Positions 49,743 through 63,035 are shown, counted from the first letter of the stretch. The stretch: 64,000 nt of DNA from Fimicolochytrium jonesii (GCF_025526975.1 NW_026515668.1:1302001-1366000), one strand, 5' to 3'. A program made the numbers and translations. The notes: generated from the sequence alone by a model not told the origin.

Positions 49743-51579
49743 TGCCTTGTACGGAACGGCGATGAAAGCGAGCGACGACAATGAAGACCGTGCAAGGTCG
49801 AATGGTGGCAAGTGAGGTAGCAAGTGGTAGTAGCCAGGCGACAACGGTCTTGGCGGAGTTCAGCTCCGGAGTAGGCGAGTGGCACAAGAAAGCGAAGCGA
49901 AGGGCGACTGAAGGAAAATCAGGAAGTGCGGACCCAAGATGCTGTATTTATAGGCCGCGAGAGTGAATGCGATCCGGCCTGAAGGGACCTCGGCGAAGCT
50001 GTGGTGTATGGGGCCCGGCCTGACCTAATTTCGCGAACAGTAAAGAAGGTAAGGCCCATGCCGTGCTTGGTCGATGTTTACGATATTAAGATGGAAGCGT
50101 AATCAAAAACAGGCGCAAGACTCTCACTTGAGAGAAGGTAAAGGAAGGGACACGCGACGGGGGCGGCACGCATCAACAGCAGCAGCAGTGAACCCGTTCA
50201 ATTAAAGCAAAGAAACGAATAAACCGTCGCAGCATATTACGCACGAACCCGCAGTCTTTGTCCTGTTGCTGGTGCTTTTTCCTACCCAGTGGCCCATATC
50301 GTTCTGGGCAATCAAGCGCAATCAACAAATGGCGCGCAACAAATGGCGGGAAAGACCCTTGACGCGTTGGGTAAGCAAGGACGCGTCCAAAAACCCCTTC
50401 GCAAACAGCTAATGACCGTAGAAAGAACGAAGGTTGTGGATCGACCGCACAGGTGTTGCAGCTTTTATCAATGGGTCTCTCCGGGTAAGCAAAAGAGCAG
50501 TCCTCTCACCAAAGTGCCGTGCGTGAGCTTCGACGTATGAGATTCCGAAGAAACCAGCGTACGTTCGACAATTCGATCTGCGAGGGTGTCTTTATCGTAG
50601 ACCTTCAGATGCGAACGAGGCATGAATGCGAACTACGGGGTACTTGTTGACTTTCTCAAGCAATACCGATTGACAGATGAACAACAGCTCAAGCAAAGAG
50701 CTGCATCCGAAAAGATTCGGCTATAGAAACACCTAAAGCGTTACGAGAAGGTGCTACGGTTGCCGTGAGGCCAACCTATCTACCCTGCAAGTGTCTGAGT
50801 CAATCGACAGCAAGAAGAATGAGGATCGGGAACGCTATACCGCGCATGGCTGCTCGCAAATGCAATCCTTCGGGGCAGACGTAGGGACGACAATGTAGGG
50901 AGGCATCAGTCAACCCTATTCAACGGCGAGAACCTGAATGAAATGGAATAGGGGGCGACTAGAAAGAGGTGAACGTTGACCGCTGCTTCCCGGGGACGGT
51001 CGGACACTCTTTGAAAGCACGAGCAACGCGGTCGGCAAGGTTCAAGCGCTGTGACGGGAGTCGAGGATTGGAGGACATCGCTCAATTTCAGTCCGGGTGG
51101 GATCCATGCCCCTCGGTTATCGTTCAGGTTGTTGGAATGTAAATAAGTCTGATGGGTTTGATGTTGCAAGTCCCTCTGCTCGTTGGTCAGCGAATGACGC
51201 CGCCACCCTAAAAAGGTTCGTCTTGAGATAGCTGAGTGATTGTGAAACTAACGAGACCATCGTAGAATAAGGGACAATGCATCACAGGGCTGGGACCGCT
51301 AAGCAGCGTTGCGACAGGTATGACTTCTGGAAACCATTTCAACACGCCGGACACAATGTAAGATATACCGCAACGGGGTGAAGGTGAAGCCGCTCGGGTA
51401 CCGACAAATACTCAGGCGGCTGCCTCGGTGTGTAGGTCCTAACCGTTTGATATGAATAGGATCAATGACGCTAAAAGGTCCTTCAAGCGAGCGTCCAGAT
51501 CCAGAGCTAGATCTTTAGACGTCCGAGATGTGAAAACGCGAAAGTGGCAGTGTACAGTATATGTAGCAGACTGTATGTA

Positions 51580-51706
51580 CAGCCAGGGAACATAAAGCTG
51601 TTCCCCCCGAAGGAATAAATCAGCGACTGCCGCAACGCCAAATTCACGTGAGTGACCGACATTGATTTCAATTAGAGGGGGGGCACAGCTTTATGTTCCC
51701 TGGCTG
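51580..51706. mobile_element. Tc1/mariner-type MITE with TA target-site duplication
   Basis: ta|cagccagggaacataaagctgt ... acagctttatgttccctggctg|ta: perfect 22-bp TIR extended by cccccc/gggggg. Confidence 0.75.
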
Positions 51707-51940
51707 TATATGTAGCGCCCACAGAGCGTGGCGAGGCCTCGAGTCAACGTCACCCCATCCCGAATGCCATTCCTCTCGAAGTTACCTTAGTCTCATAGAC
51801 TGCGTATACACTCACACTATATCCAACCTAATATTGAAGGTCGGCACATTAAGCTGCCCATCGCCCGTCGAGGTGCACCTGATCACAATTCCGGCCCTCT
51901 TTCGTACCACTCTCGCTCACTTCGCCAGCACAGCACCATC

Positions 51941-52540
51941 ATGGCCGGAATGAAAACCATAATAGGGCTCGCCTCGCTCCTGGCAGCCGGCATCCTCCTC
52001 ACCATCCTATCCTGCGCCCTCGACTCCAACTGGCTGCCGATACTCGTGCCCTTCATTTACCTCATCGCGCCTTTACCCAACATGCTGTGTCAGAGGATAG
52101 GGAGTGGGGGCGGGCGGGGCGATATCTGGAGTGACGCTTCGGAACACCGGTATGGAGATGCGGATTGGATGGGATAGCGCTGGTTGTGGGCGGCTGGGAC
52201 GTGGGGTTATCTGGCTGATACTGATGATCTGGGGTGCTATGTCTACAGAGGCGTTCTGGAAACGGGATACTTCATCACGAGCTTCATCAACGTATCGGGC
52301 GCTGGTGAGTGCATGGCAAGCTATTTTGATTGTGCGAGACACCACTCCGCAGTCTAGTGAGGTTCAGAATTCATCGAGACATGTCTTTCATTCATATTTT
52401 GCAGGGCTGCCTTACGTCCTCGCCCATGCGAATGTCATCACCCAACAAGCGATGGTGCTGTCCATCGCCGGCGGGCTGCTGGTGTACGGGACGATCCTTG
52501 GTTACATTCACTTTTTCATTACGGAAGAGCCATACATGTA
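51941..52540 (+). CDS. VPS55: Vacuolar protein sorting 55 (OB-RGRP family), 3 exons
   Basis: MAGMKTIIGLASLLAAGILLTILSCALDSNWLP...APLPN; ETGYFITSFINVSGA; LPYVLAHANVI...GGLLVYGTI. Confidence 0.93.
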
Positions 52541-52916
52541 GAGTCCTTCCACGCCATGCTCCAGTTGCGCAATGTGGCACATCGTTGATGTCCAGTTTTA
52601 TGTACATACGAGAAAATAGGGCATATTTGCCCGTCTGATGTGAAGATTGCTTGTTGACGATGTGAGGCAGACATGAGAGAAGGCTGCTTTGATGCAATAC
52701 GACAAGTGAGATAGGTGCAATACGACAAGTGAGATTTCTCATAAATAAGTGAAGCGAGCCATCGCTCGCTCCATAGGGATGACTATGATAATAGGTATCT
52801 TTCTACATTCTAACACAAAGACATATATATGGGGGAGATGGTAAATGAGGATGAAATATATGCAATAGGCCAGATCTCAACACAGAAGCAGAACTATGTA
52901 AATTACGCCGGAAATC

Positions 52917-53945
52917 TTAAGCTAGAGCAGCTCTTGCGATGGCTGGACGCGCGGTGGAGTGAGAGCAGATGGCGTCGATGAACTTTTGAACGTTGACCAA
53001 GGTCTTTTCGATTTTGAGCACTCGGTTCTTCTTGGTGCGGAGGTCTTCCGAGATGCAACCGTATTGCAGACAAGCGGCTACCAAGATCAACAAGCGATAT
53101 CCAGCCAGCGATACGGAGCGAACGTGATCGTAGTTGATGGTGTCTGGCGCCATCATGATGATCTCTTCGACGAATTTGATGTTTCGATGAGGAATGAAGT
53201 CCACATTCACTTGGAGATCCAGGAACCATCGCTTGAAATCATATTGTGACATATGCTTCTTGATGACTTTCCATGGCATGGGTTGCGGCCCTGCGCTCTG
53301 TGTAGAGCTCGATTTCCTGGATCCTGAGCTGCTGTCATTCGAAATGCCCTTTAGACGGAGCAGACATTCGCAGATCGTTCGGACCTCTTCGGGAGGGCTG
53401 GCGAACCAGATAGCTTCGCTCAGATCGCTAGGTGGGATCCTTCGCAAGAAGTCCTTGTAGTGTGCCAACCCATGTCGCTGTCCAACCTCGCTCTCGATGA
53501 GGGTTCGTTTGGCATCGATGGCGGCGATGGCAAGAGGCTCAATCTTTGCTTCGAAGCGAGCGACCAAGATAACATTGGCGAGATTTGCCCAGCGACGAGA
53601 AACTGTGCGCACAACGGAGAGAGCCGAGTCGGAAAGGTTGTCGAGCACGAGTAGGATGAGCTCGTTGGGTAGAGGAAAGCGGTCTTTCGTTGTTCGTGCG
53701 GGGGCAGGCGACTTTGAGGTTCCTACCGCTCGTGAGCTCAGCTTTTCGTGCAGCGCCGCGTTCGGGTACACCGACAGAGGTTTGAAAGACTTTGACGAAG
53801 ACGAAGGCTGGAGCTTCTTTGTGCTGACGGTTGGCGAGATTCTGCGAGTGGTACTGCTAGACCCGGAGACTGCCCGGTGTCCCCTCGCGAAATCCGACTT
53901 GGTAGCTGTGCTAGACGGAGACGCACTTATGGATGACGCGACCAT
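52917..53945 (-). CDS. F-box protein with dynein stalk/microtubule-binding-domain-like C-terminus
   Basis: F-box LPNELILLVLDNLSDSALSVVRTVSRRWANLA, then coiled coil, then SDLSEAIWFASPPEEVRTICECL...WKVIKKHM...INYDHVRSVSLAGYRLLILVAACLQY, then coiled coil. Confidence 0.75.
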   Translation of the reverse strand: MVASSISASPSSTATKSDFARGHRAVSGSSSTTRRISPTVSTKKLQPSSSSKSFKPLSVYPNAALHEKLSSRAVGTSKSPAPARTTKDRFPLPNELILLVLDNLSDSALSVVRTVSRRWANLANVILVARFEAKIEPLAIAAIDAKRTLIESEVGQRHGLAHYKDFLRRIPPSDLSEAIWFASPPEEVRTICECLLRLKGISNDSSSGSRKSSSTQSAGPQPMPWKVIKKHMSQYDFKRWFLDLQVNVDFIPHRNIKFVEEIIMMAPDTINYDHVRSVSLAGYRLLILVAACLQYGCISEDLRTKKNRVLKIEKTLVNVQKFIDAICSHSTARPAIARAALA

Positions 53946-55412
53946 GTTGGAGTCTATGAGAGAGTAGAAGCCGAAGAGTTGTAATAGGAGTTCCGGAAAG
54001 TATTGCTGCTTTTCCTGCGGTTTCTGTCGAACAACCACCAAGCTTATACGATTCCAAGATCCTTCCTTCACTGGGTGAATGCAGAAAGAAAGAAAATCAG
54101 CTCGCAGGATGGGAAGCGGTCATTATCGGCCGTTCAAGGTTCTTACCAAATGGCGTCGACCCTTTGACGTCACGGTCTCACTCCTGACATCCGATATGCT
54201 CTGTTTCGGGGATGACTTCCGACGATGCCTGGGTCGGATGTCGAGGACGTTTTCGTGCTGGTTTATCCGTCTTTTGAAACGGATGTGTTTGTTGACGCCA
54301 CCTCCGCTGTGCTTTCCCAAAAAAGGGCACAAGGAACTTCGTGAGGAGATCGAAAGCGCAGTCACGATGACTAATGACTTGACTCAGGACGGCCGATCGT
54401 CAAAATGGCCGTTTGACCGCCGGGAGCCGGGCCGACGGTAACCTTCTATAGGATAAAACACAGCACTCTAAAAGTGTGAGGCGCGGCCTGCCGTTTCTTA
54501 CCGTGTTGAATGTCGGAGGCAACAAGTTCGGCCTCTCCTGTCCCAAAGCTTCGTCTGATCACGGACGGCGCCATCGGATTTTGGCGGCTTCGCAAACGTC
54601 CATGGGATGAGTGGGATTCTATTACTGTTCCCTGTGCACGGGTGACGGTGAGGTCTATGTCATGGTTTCCATCGGAGCCTCATCTCAAAGGCTTTGTTGC
54701 GCGGGGAATTAATTGTGATGGAAGGCTTGAACGGGGAAGGGGGGGGAAGATCCTTCCCGTCCTCAGGCTGGAGTCGTCCTGAGTTGGTATATGCCCCAGG
54801 CCTTATGAGCATACGGTGAAGCAACGTATAACGTATGTGTGTACTGTACGTAGGTACGAATAAGCATAAATATGGTGTCCTCAACTTGCCGCCTGCCGTG
54901 TGTGTTCTATATGGGACGCCAAAGGAGGTTTAAAAAGGTCTGGACGCACCGCAGAACGGTAATCTTGAAATTCTGCAAAGCTTGGCGAACAGGCCGCACG
55001 GCTTACAAACACCCGAGGGCAGTCGAAGCTCTGCCAGCACACACTCATCACCTTGAGCTCTCGACCTCTCTGAACGTTGCTTCGCTCGTGTCCCATTACA
55101 CAACCCACGACGCAATTTGCAAACACCAGGTTCTGTAGGAATTCAAAGTGTCTCTCTACTTGTTGCAATACATTAGCGGGAAGTTATTGCTCGAGGGCCA
55201 CGGCAGCTAGCCGGGAACGTAGGCAGGCCCTCTGTCGGATATCCGAAGTTACAAACACTCTTCGTGTTAGCGGTGGAGTCGGGAGCGAGTAGTCGGTTGA
55301 GCAACATTTGGCGGAGAGCCAAGCACATCCGTATTTCGCAGTTCTCCACGGAGTACGGTAGAAGGTACAGCTCTCTCGCGGCGGGCTTCTCACGGAAACG
55401 TGTAGGTCGACT

Positions 55413-58039
55413 ATGCGAGAGACTCCCAATCCCGTCCGCTTTTCTCACGATTCTGCGGGAATTTCGATTTCCAACGCCCGTTCCGCTCAGTCACTCGATC
55501 AAGGACGTTCGGCATCTTCGAAACTCAGCAAACGGGGTCTGTCCTCCTCGCTGGAAGAATTTTCGGACCGTCAATCATCTCAAAAAAGGTCGGCGTCGTC
55601 GGAACGCTTCTTTGCAAGCTCGACCTTACTTGCCCAGCCGAATATCACACCAACTCGCCTTCAATCGACTCGGCCGGTGGACATGTCTGACACATCAATG
55701 GGAGTCGCTGTGCGCACAGATAAGGAGGATTGGGCGGAGAGCGATGATAAAGACCAACCAAGATTGCAGCCAGCGGACCGGTGGACACCAGCGGAAGAGG
55801 AGGCCCCTTCCGGATTGGCTCGGGGCGTCTCGGCATTGCGAAGCACATTAGCCCAACTGAAGCTGGGAATAGGTATTCGAGGGGATCACGAAAGTGAAGC
55901 GTCGTCAGTAACCAGCGTCACCACTTCGACTCCCCAATCGGACCAAGGGAGTCGACCGGAATCTCCCGGCTTCACCTTCGCGTCTAGCCCGGCCACAGAG
56001 CTCGCGAATTTTGGCGTCACTGGAATAACACCTGAGCAGTTCATTAGCGCGCTCGATGGAAAACAGACGGCAAACCACGCGGAAACAAACCCGTTCGGCA
56101 AAGATGCGCGAGTGTTGGCTGTCGATCTCAGATACGTGGCGGATTTTGGAAAGTGCCATGTTCGGGGATCTGTAAATGTCAACTTGCCGATGCTAGTACT
56201 GAAAAGACTACGACGTGGTACAGTTTCGAGCTTTCAAATCACCAATTTCCTCACAGGCCCCGATTCGAAGCAGTTATACGAGGAATGGAAGACGAATGGC
56301 GCTTTGGGGGAAGATGACAATACGCCAACCCAAGCGTCCGTACATGGCAGTACCGAGCGCAAAGGGCCTCCGACAGCTTCTGACCGCGTACTGATCATTT
56401 ATGATGACGAGATGCCAGAGGACAATCCCAATACCGAGGCTTGGGCATTGATCAGTATCCTTGCAAAGGGACTGGCGGAGGATGGGTTAGCCACAGGGGT
56501 GCGGAAAGGATCGCCTGCGGTAACCCCTCCAACGGCCACGCAATCGTTACCGAAGCAGACTACCATAGTATATCTACGAGGGGGATTTCGTGCATTGCAC
56601 TACATCCCGAGTGCAGCCGCCGTCGTGGAAGGAACCGATTCACATTTATCGCCTTCAATCAAAGGACATCCTGCCGACGAATCTCCCGCGCTCTCTGAAG
56701 CGCGACGGCCAGGGCGAGGAACCCAGACCTCGAGCCCTTTCCACGCCCCATCCCCTTCCACCATTTCCATAAGGACGAGTAATTTCAGGGACGATACAAT
56801 CTCGTCTCCTTCAGTATCAACAGCGCCTCAATTCAATGGAGAGCCGCATACCCCATCCACCTCGATACCCGGATTGCGACCGTCTGCTGCTTTATTACCT
56901 CGTCATCAGCAGTTACAACATGGTGGAGAACCACCTCAACAGCGGAAGAAGTCGGCTTTTAGCATCAACACTACAAAGCTGCAGCCGCAAGGTCGCTCCA
57001 GAGGCGTTTCATCGGCAGCGTCGCGAGGTATGAACCTTCAAACGATCAGCACGCCGACAGCAGCCGTCAGCAACAGTTTCAATTCAAACAGCAAGGCCGG
57101 TGCACAGCACGCTGGCCCGGGTGTTGATCATGGGGCGCCTCCGATGAGTGCCCATCCACTAAACGACAATCAAGATGGCGGGTCACGGTTCCCGGAGGTA
57201 CATTTCGAACCGCAAACCCCTCTGACAGCGCGAATAAACACGCATATGGTGCAGCGTAGCGAGCTGTCTCGGAGACGCTCAATGTCGGAGCCGCGCCGGT
57301 CGCTGACTTCCGGCCGCCGCACTAGTAGTAGTGCGGGCAGCGCTCTATCGTCGACCCATTCGTCAGATCACAACATGTCGCAGCTGTCTCCCGGCCCATC
57401 GACTTTGCCCACGCCAAGCGAACCGGTGTCTGTCATCCTTCCCCACTTGCTACTCGGGTCAGATGCGATCCCGCAAGCCCAGGATGGCATTGCCCAGTTA
57501 AAGTCGCTCGGTGTAACACATGTGTTGAATATGGCTGTGGAGGTTGAGAACAAAGTGATCGAAGCAAGCGGCGAATTCGAAGTCAAGTGGTGTCTTGCGG
57601 AAGATCACGCCGAACATGACATTGAGGGAACGATAAAGGAGGCCCTAGACTGGATAGGTAAGCGACAACCGTGTCCCATCTGTGTCCTTGTAGTAGTAGT
57701 CTAACTTTATCCCTTTGTCTATTTTTTACAGATGAAGCACATCGGGCGGACACGGAGAATGTCATCTTCGTACACTGCAAAGCCGGTCGCTCTCGATCGG
57801 CCACCACCGCCATCGCATACCTAGTAGTGCACGAACGCATGCGGTTAAGAGACGCATATGAAAAAGTCAAGCAGGCGCGACCGGGAGTCAGCCCCAATCT
57901 GGGCTTCATGCTTGCATTGCTCCGAATCGAGAAGGAGGTGCATGGGGAGAACACGGCGGCGGCTGCGCCCACTACGGACCACTCGAAAGCGCATAACGCG
58001 GAACCACGATCCCATTCGCACGGGGAATTAATGGCATGA
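55413..58039 (+). CDS. Rhodanese-domain dual-specificity (MAP kinase) phosphatase
   Basis: VDLR...HVRGSVNVNLPMLVLKRLRR, IIYD, YLRGGF. DSP domain ILPHLLLGS, GVTHVLNMA, intron 57658-57731, VHCKAGRSRSATTAIAYL, RPGVSPNLGFM. Confidence 0.9.
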
Positions 58040-58701
58040 CGTTGATCGTCGATGTCTGAGGAGCCCGTCCGAGTTCGGAGGGCATCTGGCCAGCACGGCG
58101 ACCCTACGACGAGCATCTGGAGGAGTAACCGGTGGCGTACCAGCGGGCTATCTGGTCAAATATGATGCACATCGCATAGGATATGATAGCACGTCAGCAG
58201 CTAAGGTTGCGCTGAGGAGGATGGCGGATATCACCATCATCGCAGCTCAACAACGGACGTCTCGAATGATCAGAATGGACGGTCGCTGGCCATAGTCGTC
58301 ATAGCGGGAAGCTGGTCGGGCACACCCAAGGAAGTGTTCCAAATATCGAAAATTTGTGGGATTTTGGATACCATCGTTACTATTTAACCTTTGCGTCTCA
58401 AAGGCATTTTTGACACATCCATAGTGCGTTATCTTTCGTCCCAATTTTGAACTGATTTCCAGATGTTACAATATACTACTGTTGCTTCTCTCCTGTAACT
58501 TTTACTCGGTGTGGAGGCCGGCGGTCTTCGAAAACGAAGTTGTGCGGCGACTCGGGGCGATGCAGTGAATGTCACGTGACTTGGTCAAAATCCAAATTGA
58601 ACAAAGTCGGCCAGCGACAGACGACAGCGAGGTGGACACCACACGGGCATTGTCGACATACGTTGATCACCCCCACGACCACCAGTCCCCGGTACACCAC
58701 A

Positions 58702-59509
58702 ATGTCCACTTTCCAAAAGGTAGGCGGAGAGTGCTTGCCGTTCGCCCACAGGAATCAGACAGAATTCTCGATAGCGGAATCGAAGTTGAGAGCTGCTTGT
58801 CGTTTGCCTGGGGCATTTGCTAATTTTCGGTCGGGCTTTACAGGAAGTCGTTATCGATGGCAAGGGCCACTTGCTCGGACGTTTGGCCTCTATTGTTGCC
58901 AAGCAGCTCCTGAACGGCCAGAAGATTGTCGTCGTCCGTGCTGAGGAAATCAACATTACCGGACCCTTCTTCCGTAACAAGTGTACGTGGGGTTCTATTG
59001 GAGGAGGAGGAGGAATTGAAGGGCTTTGCTTATGGAATGTTCTCCCTGAATTTACAGTGAAGTACATGGCTTTCTTGCGCAAGCGCTGTGTCGTCAACCC
59101 CAGCCGCGGTGTTTTCCATTTCCGCGCCCCCTCCCGTATCTTCTGGCGTACCGTTCGTGGAATGATCCCTCACAAGACGCCCCGCGGTGCCGCCGCCCTG
59201 GAGCGCCTGAAGGTCTTTGAGGGTGTCCCTCCTCCTTTCGACAAGAAGAAGCGTCTCGTCGTGCCTGCCGCTCTTCGTGTGCTCCGTCTCTCCCCCGGCC
59301 GCAAGTTCACCGTCTTGAAGCGCATTTCGACCGAGTTTGGCTGGAAGTACCAGGACGTTGTTGAGAGGTTGGAGGAGAAGCGTAAGACCAAGAGTCACGC
59401 TTACTACGAGAAGAAGAGGGCTCTGCTCCGCATCAAGGGACAGGCTGCCAAGAAGGTCGAGAAGGAGCTCGAGACCGTCCACAAGACTCTCGCCACCTAC
59501 GGTCACTAA
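58702..59509 (+). CDS. RPL16: 60S ribosomal protein L16/L13a (uL13), 3 exons
   Basis: [40 protein letters not shown]...[19 protein letters not shown]...[14 protein letters not shown]. Confidence 0.97.
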
Positions 59510-60251
59510 AACCACGGTGAATGGGAGTACGGCGTTCCGGAAAGGGCTTCGATCGGAAACGTGAAGCGTCCCTGGGGGAGAGCTAGTGCATATTCAGATT
59601 AGAGTATACGCGCTCAGTTTCAAATATTATGGCTTTTTCTCGACAGATGCCGCTGACTTTTCAATTGGACTTTGAGCATTGTTCACGTTTGCTGGAGGGA
59701 TTGAGAACCGGGCAGATCATGCTCCGCTGGTGGGATTGGGATGGGTGCATCGCGAGATGGACGATACCCCTCATGGGCACGGGTGGGGCGAGAAAGCTGC
59801 AGGCACTGTACCGCCGAGTATCCGGGAAGTTTTAGTGTAGCTTTCCGCATGAGACGGACGATACTCATCTGCCATGTTATGTGCGTGTAAGTATGGAATC
59901 TGCAGTGGAGCTATCGTGAAGCATACGACGCCGACGAATGCTAGAAGAAACTTTGATCGGTGGTCCAGATGTCTACTCTTTGGCAGCCTATTCTTCGAAA
60001 GGAAATTATGCAGAACTCTTCTTCTTTCGACTCTCGAGGTCATTCGCAATGATATTAGAGAATGCCAAGAATGCATCGACTATTTACACAGATGGATGGG
60101 CTGCAACAAAAACCCCTGTTTGGAGGACGTGAGGGGACAACAAGATGAAAAAGGATGGTTCTTGGCGACGGCGTTCAAGGGTTGGCGATCAACAGTGGAG
60201 GGCTTTGCGGGGGTTATGTTGAAGTTGCATTCTGCGGAGACGCGACCATTA

Positions 60252-63035
60252 TCAGCCTAAATGATCACTTGGACTAATCCGCAATTGGTGTGTACTCACA
60301 AGTGGCTCGATCGACTGGACATGGATAACATGCTCGCTCGCTTTCTCCTTCTCGGATGAGTGCGATTCATCATGAGGAGGCCGCCCTTGCGAAAGCACCC
60401 CACTGTCATCCCACCACCCCGCCACATCCTCAGTGTCTTCCTCCTCTGCATCATCAATGGCAAGCAATGGGAACATGCCCGATTGGCCTGTTCGAAGATT
60501 CTTGCCACGACACCACCCATCACGGTAGATCTTCTTTACCGCTACCGGGTCGTTCGGGAGGAGCTCAATCTCATCTGGCATGCGCGGCCAGTGGGGGTAC
60601 ACGACCTGGTAGGTGAGTGGCTGCTCGAAGGTGTACCCAGAGTAGCTACTTGACGCCTGCCCCTGGTTTCTGCCAACCGTTGAGTCGATCATTCCGGTGA
60701 TCGCATTGCTGATTGCTGTGTCCTGCGGTGGTCTGAGGCCTGTTGGCGATCGCTTTGATTCGCTTCTCTGCGGTACGGCCGAGCCTCCTTCAGGATCCCG
60801 GTCAATCCGTAGCCCGCCGATGTCCCCGACTTCGCGGGTCAAGTCAGAAAGATCCTCCGGGCGGTTCTCATTCATCGGGAAACTGGCTTCATTCCAAAAC
60901 CCAGGTCCGTGGTCGAAATTGAGTGGTGCAAGCAAGGGGATGACGACATTTCGCTCTGGGTTGACGAGCGTGGAGGAACTGTCGTAGTCTGGCGAACTGA
61001 TGTTCATTGTCGTTGCAACACCGCCCCCGTTTTTGCCACTGCGCTTCGTCTTGAAACGGAAGGCTTTTGCCTTGCCGGCCCTTCGCGCTTTTTTGGCTAG
61101 CCCGCGGTATATCCCTTTGAAATCCTCCTCTTTCCACACATAGACCACCATTCCGAAGAACGCCGCCCCTGCCAGGACCATGGAAGCAATAACTCCGAGT
61201 ATGATCGCTACGGTTTTGCTGGAGTTCATGGTCGTTGCTTCCGACTCTGCGACCGTTACGACGGTGTTGGGGGTTCCACTCGTTTGAGGCTGCCCGGCTT
61301 GCGATTGTGTGGTTGGCGGTTGAGCGGTTGGAGGTTGCGCGGTTGATGGTTGCGCGGTGGACGTCTGAGCGTTGGTGGCTAGCAGGCTGGTGGGAGCTGT
61401 CCACGCTGATTTCCGCGTGTCGAAGAAGAACATCTTCGTGTCGCTCGTTGACACTTGTGCTTGTCGTCGCGCAAGACGCCGGTGATTGTCCGAGAAATCA
61501 TCCCATTTCGCCGTAAGATCGTCCCATTTCGCAGCGAAACCGGTCGACACCCTTCCGTTTTTGACGCCATGCAGATAGCTACAATCAAGAACAAAATCAT
61601 GTCAGGTCCTTCCACAGCACTGAACACATACTGCAGAAGTCATACTCACTTGGGACGTGCCAGTGGCCAGTTTGTTATATCCGGTACGGGAGGATCCCGA
61701 TGCCCCGATGGGGGCAGTGCAGACCCGGACGGGACCGGTTCCCCTTTTGACACTGCAGGTGAGCTGGGCTGGGGGCTGTTTGGCACGGCTGTGGCCGTCG
61801 GGATCCTCGAAGGCACACTCGCCGTCGGCTCTGACGCCGGATCCTTCGAGCGGGATCGATTTGGTGGTCCGAGAGGACTCTTAAGGCCGAGAAGGCCCGA
61901 CGTAGAGTATCCGCCATGCACCATAAAGACATCGTTGACAAAGGCCGATGCCGCAAAACACCGTGGGCCGGGCCCCTCTTTCTTTGACTGCTCTACCACC
62001 GACCACTTCCATGTCGTTGTATCAAGGGTGTAGATAGCAGGATCGGAAGGAGGTAGGCCAGTGACACCATCGCATCCCCCATGTACCCAGACTGTCGTTC
62101 CATCCCCTCCCAATGCACACGACATTCCCCATCTCCCAAGCGGGCCGGTCCCAGTTACGCCCCTGACCGGTGCGAAGGTTTTGCTGGGATCCCTGGGATC
62201 GAACCGCCATAGTTGATGCGCAATAGGTGCCACAAGCGGCACCATCTCATCCCCTCCGATTAATAACGCTGTGTTGTCGGGCAGGGCAACGGCACATGCT
62301 CCCAGCATCTGAAGTGGCGCCAATTTTCCCTTCAGGGGTAAAGTGGACGCAGCTTTTGTACCTACGTCGTAGACGACTGTCTGAGCGGCGGAGAAAAGCC
62401 ATGGATTCGTGCATTGCAAGCAATCGATACCACCTGAGATACGTAGTAATTAGCAGACGATGAATGAATGAGGTCAATATCAAATGTCTTACCGATCAAG
62501 TACAGTGACTTGTTTAGTACAACAGACGTATGGAAAGCCCGACTAAACAGTCTATCCGCATTGTCCACAGTCGTCGCCACATCAGTCGTCGTATCGTAAA
62601 CCCATATCCCGTTCGTGGTCGGAGCATGGTTGTTCCCGTCATCCCTAAATCCTCCCGTACAGAACGCCCGCTTTTTGTCCTCGGTGGTGACACAATGTTG
62701 CCCGATGCTAGGAGTGTAGTGAGCGGAGAGCTGTGATATATTCATGTCCTGAGCTGACAGAAGCCATGTTCTCGTGTCTCCTCTGAACCTCGACTTGGAC
62801 TCATCTGTGAACACGTAGTAGAATTGAGTGGGCAATCCAATTGGCAACGTTGACCAGCACACTCACCTTGTGCACCAAGAGAAAGCGGAACGTTCTGATC
62901 GGTTCTGCCGCCCACAAACACGACTCCTTTGTCCGTCGCGAAGCTCGAGTGATGGGCTCGCCACGGAAGATCACTGCTCTGGGCAGCAGCCAAAGTCAAC
63001 AGTCCAGAGAAGGAGAAGAGCCATCCCTTGGCCAT
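60252..63035 (-). CDS. Type I membrane protein: signal peptide, Kelch repeats, TM helix, cytoplasmic SH3
   Basis: MAKGWLFSFSGLLTLAAAQ; Kelch motifs RAHHSS..VFVGG, RAFHTSVV..LYLIG, VWVHGG, FMVHGG; TM VAIILGVIASMVLAGAAFFGMVVYVW; SH3 DEIELLPND...DGWCRG...GMFP. Confidence 0.85.

Noticed and set aside
52693..52736. 24-bp tandem duplication (tgcaatacgacaagtgagat core)
   Set aside because: A simple local duplication in intergenic DNA.
59030..59515. 161-aa minus-strand ORF
   Set aside because: Antisense shadow of RPL16.
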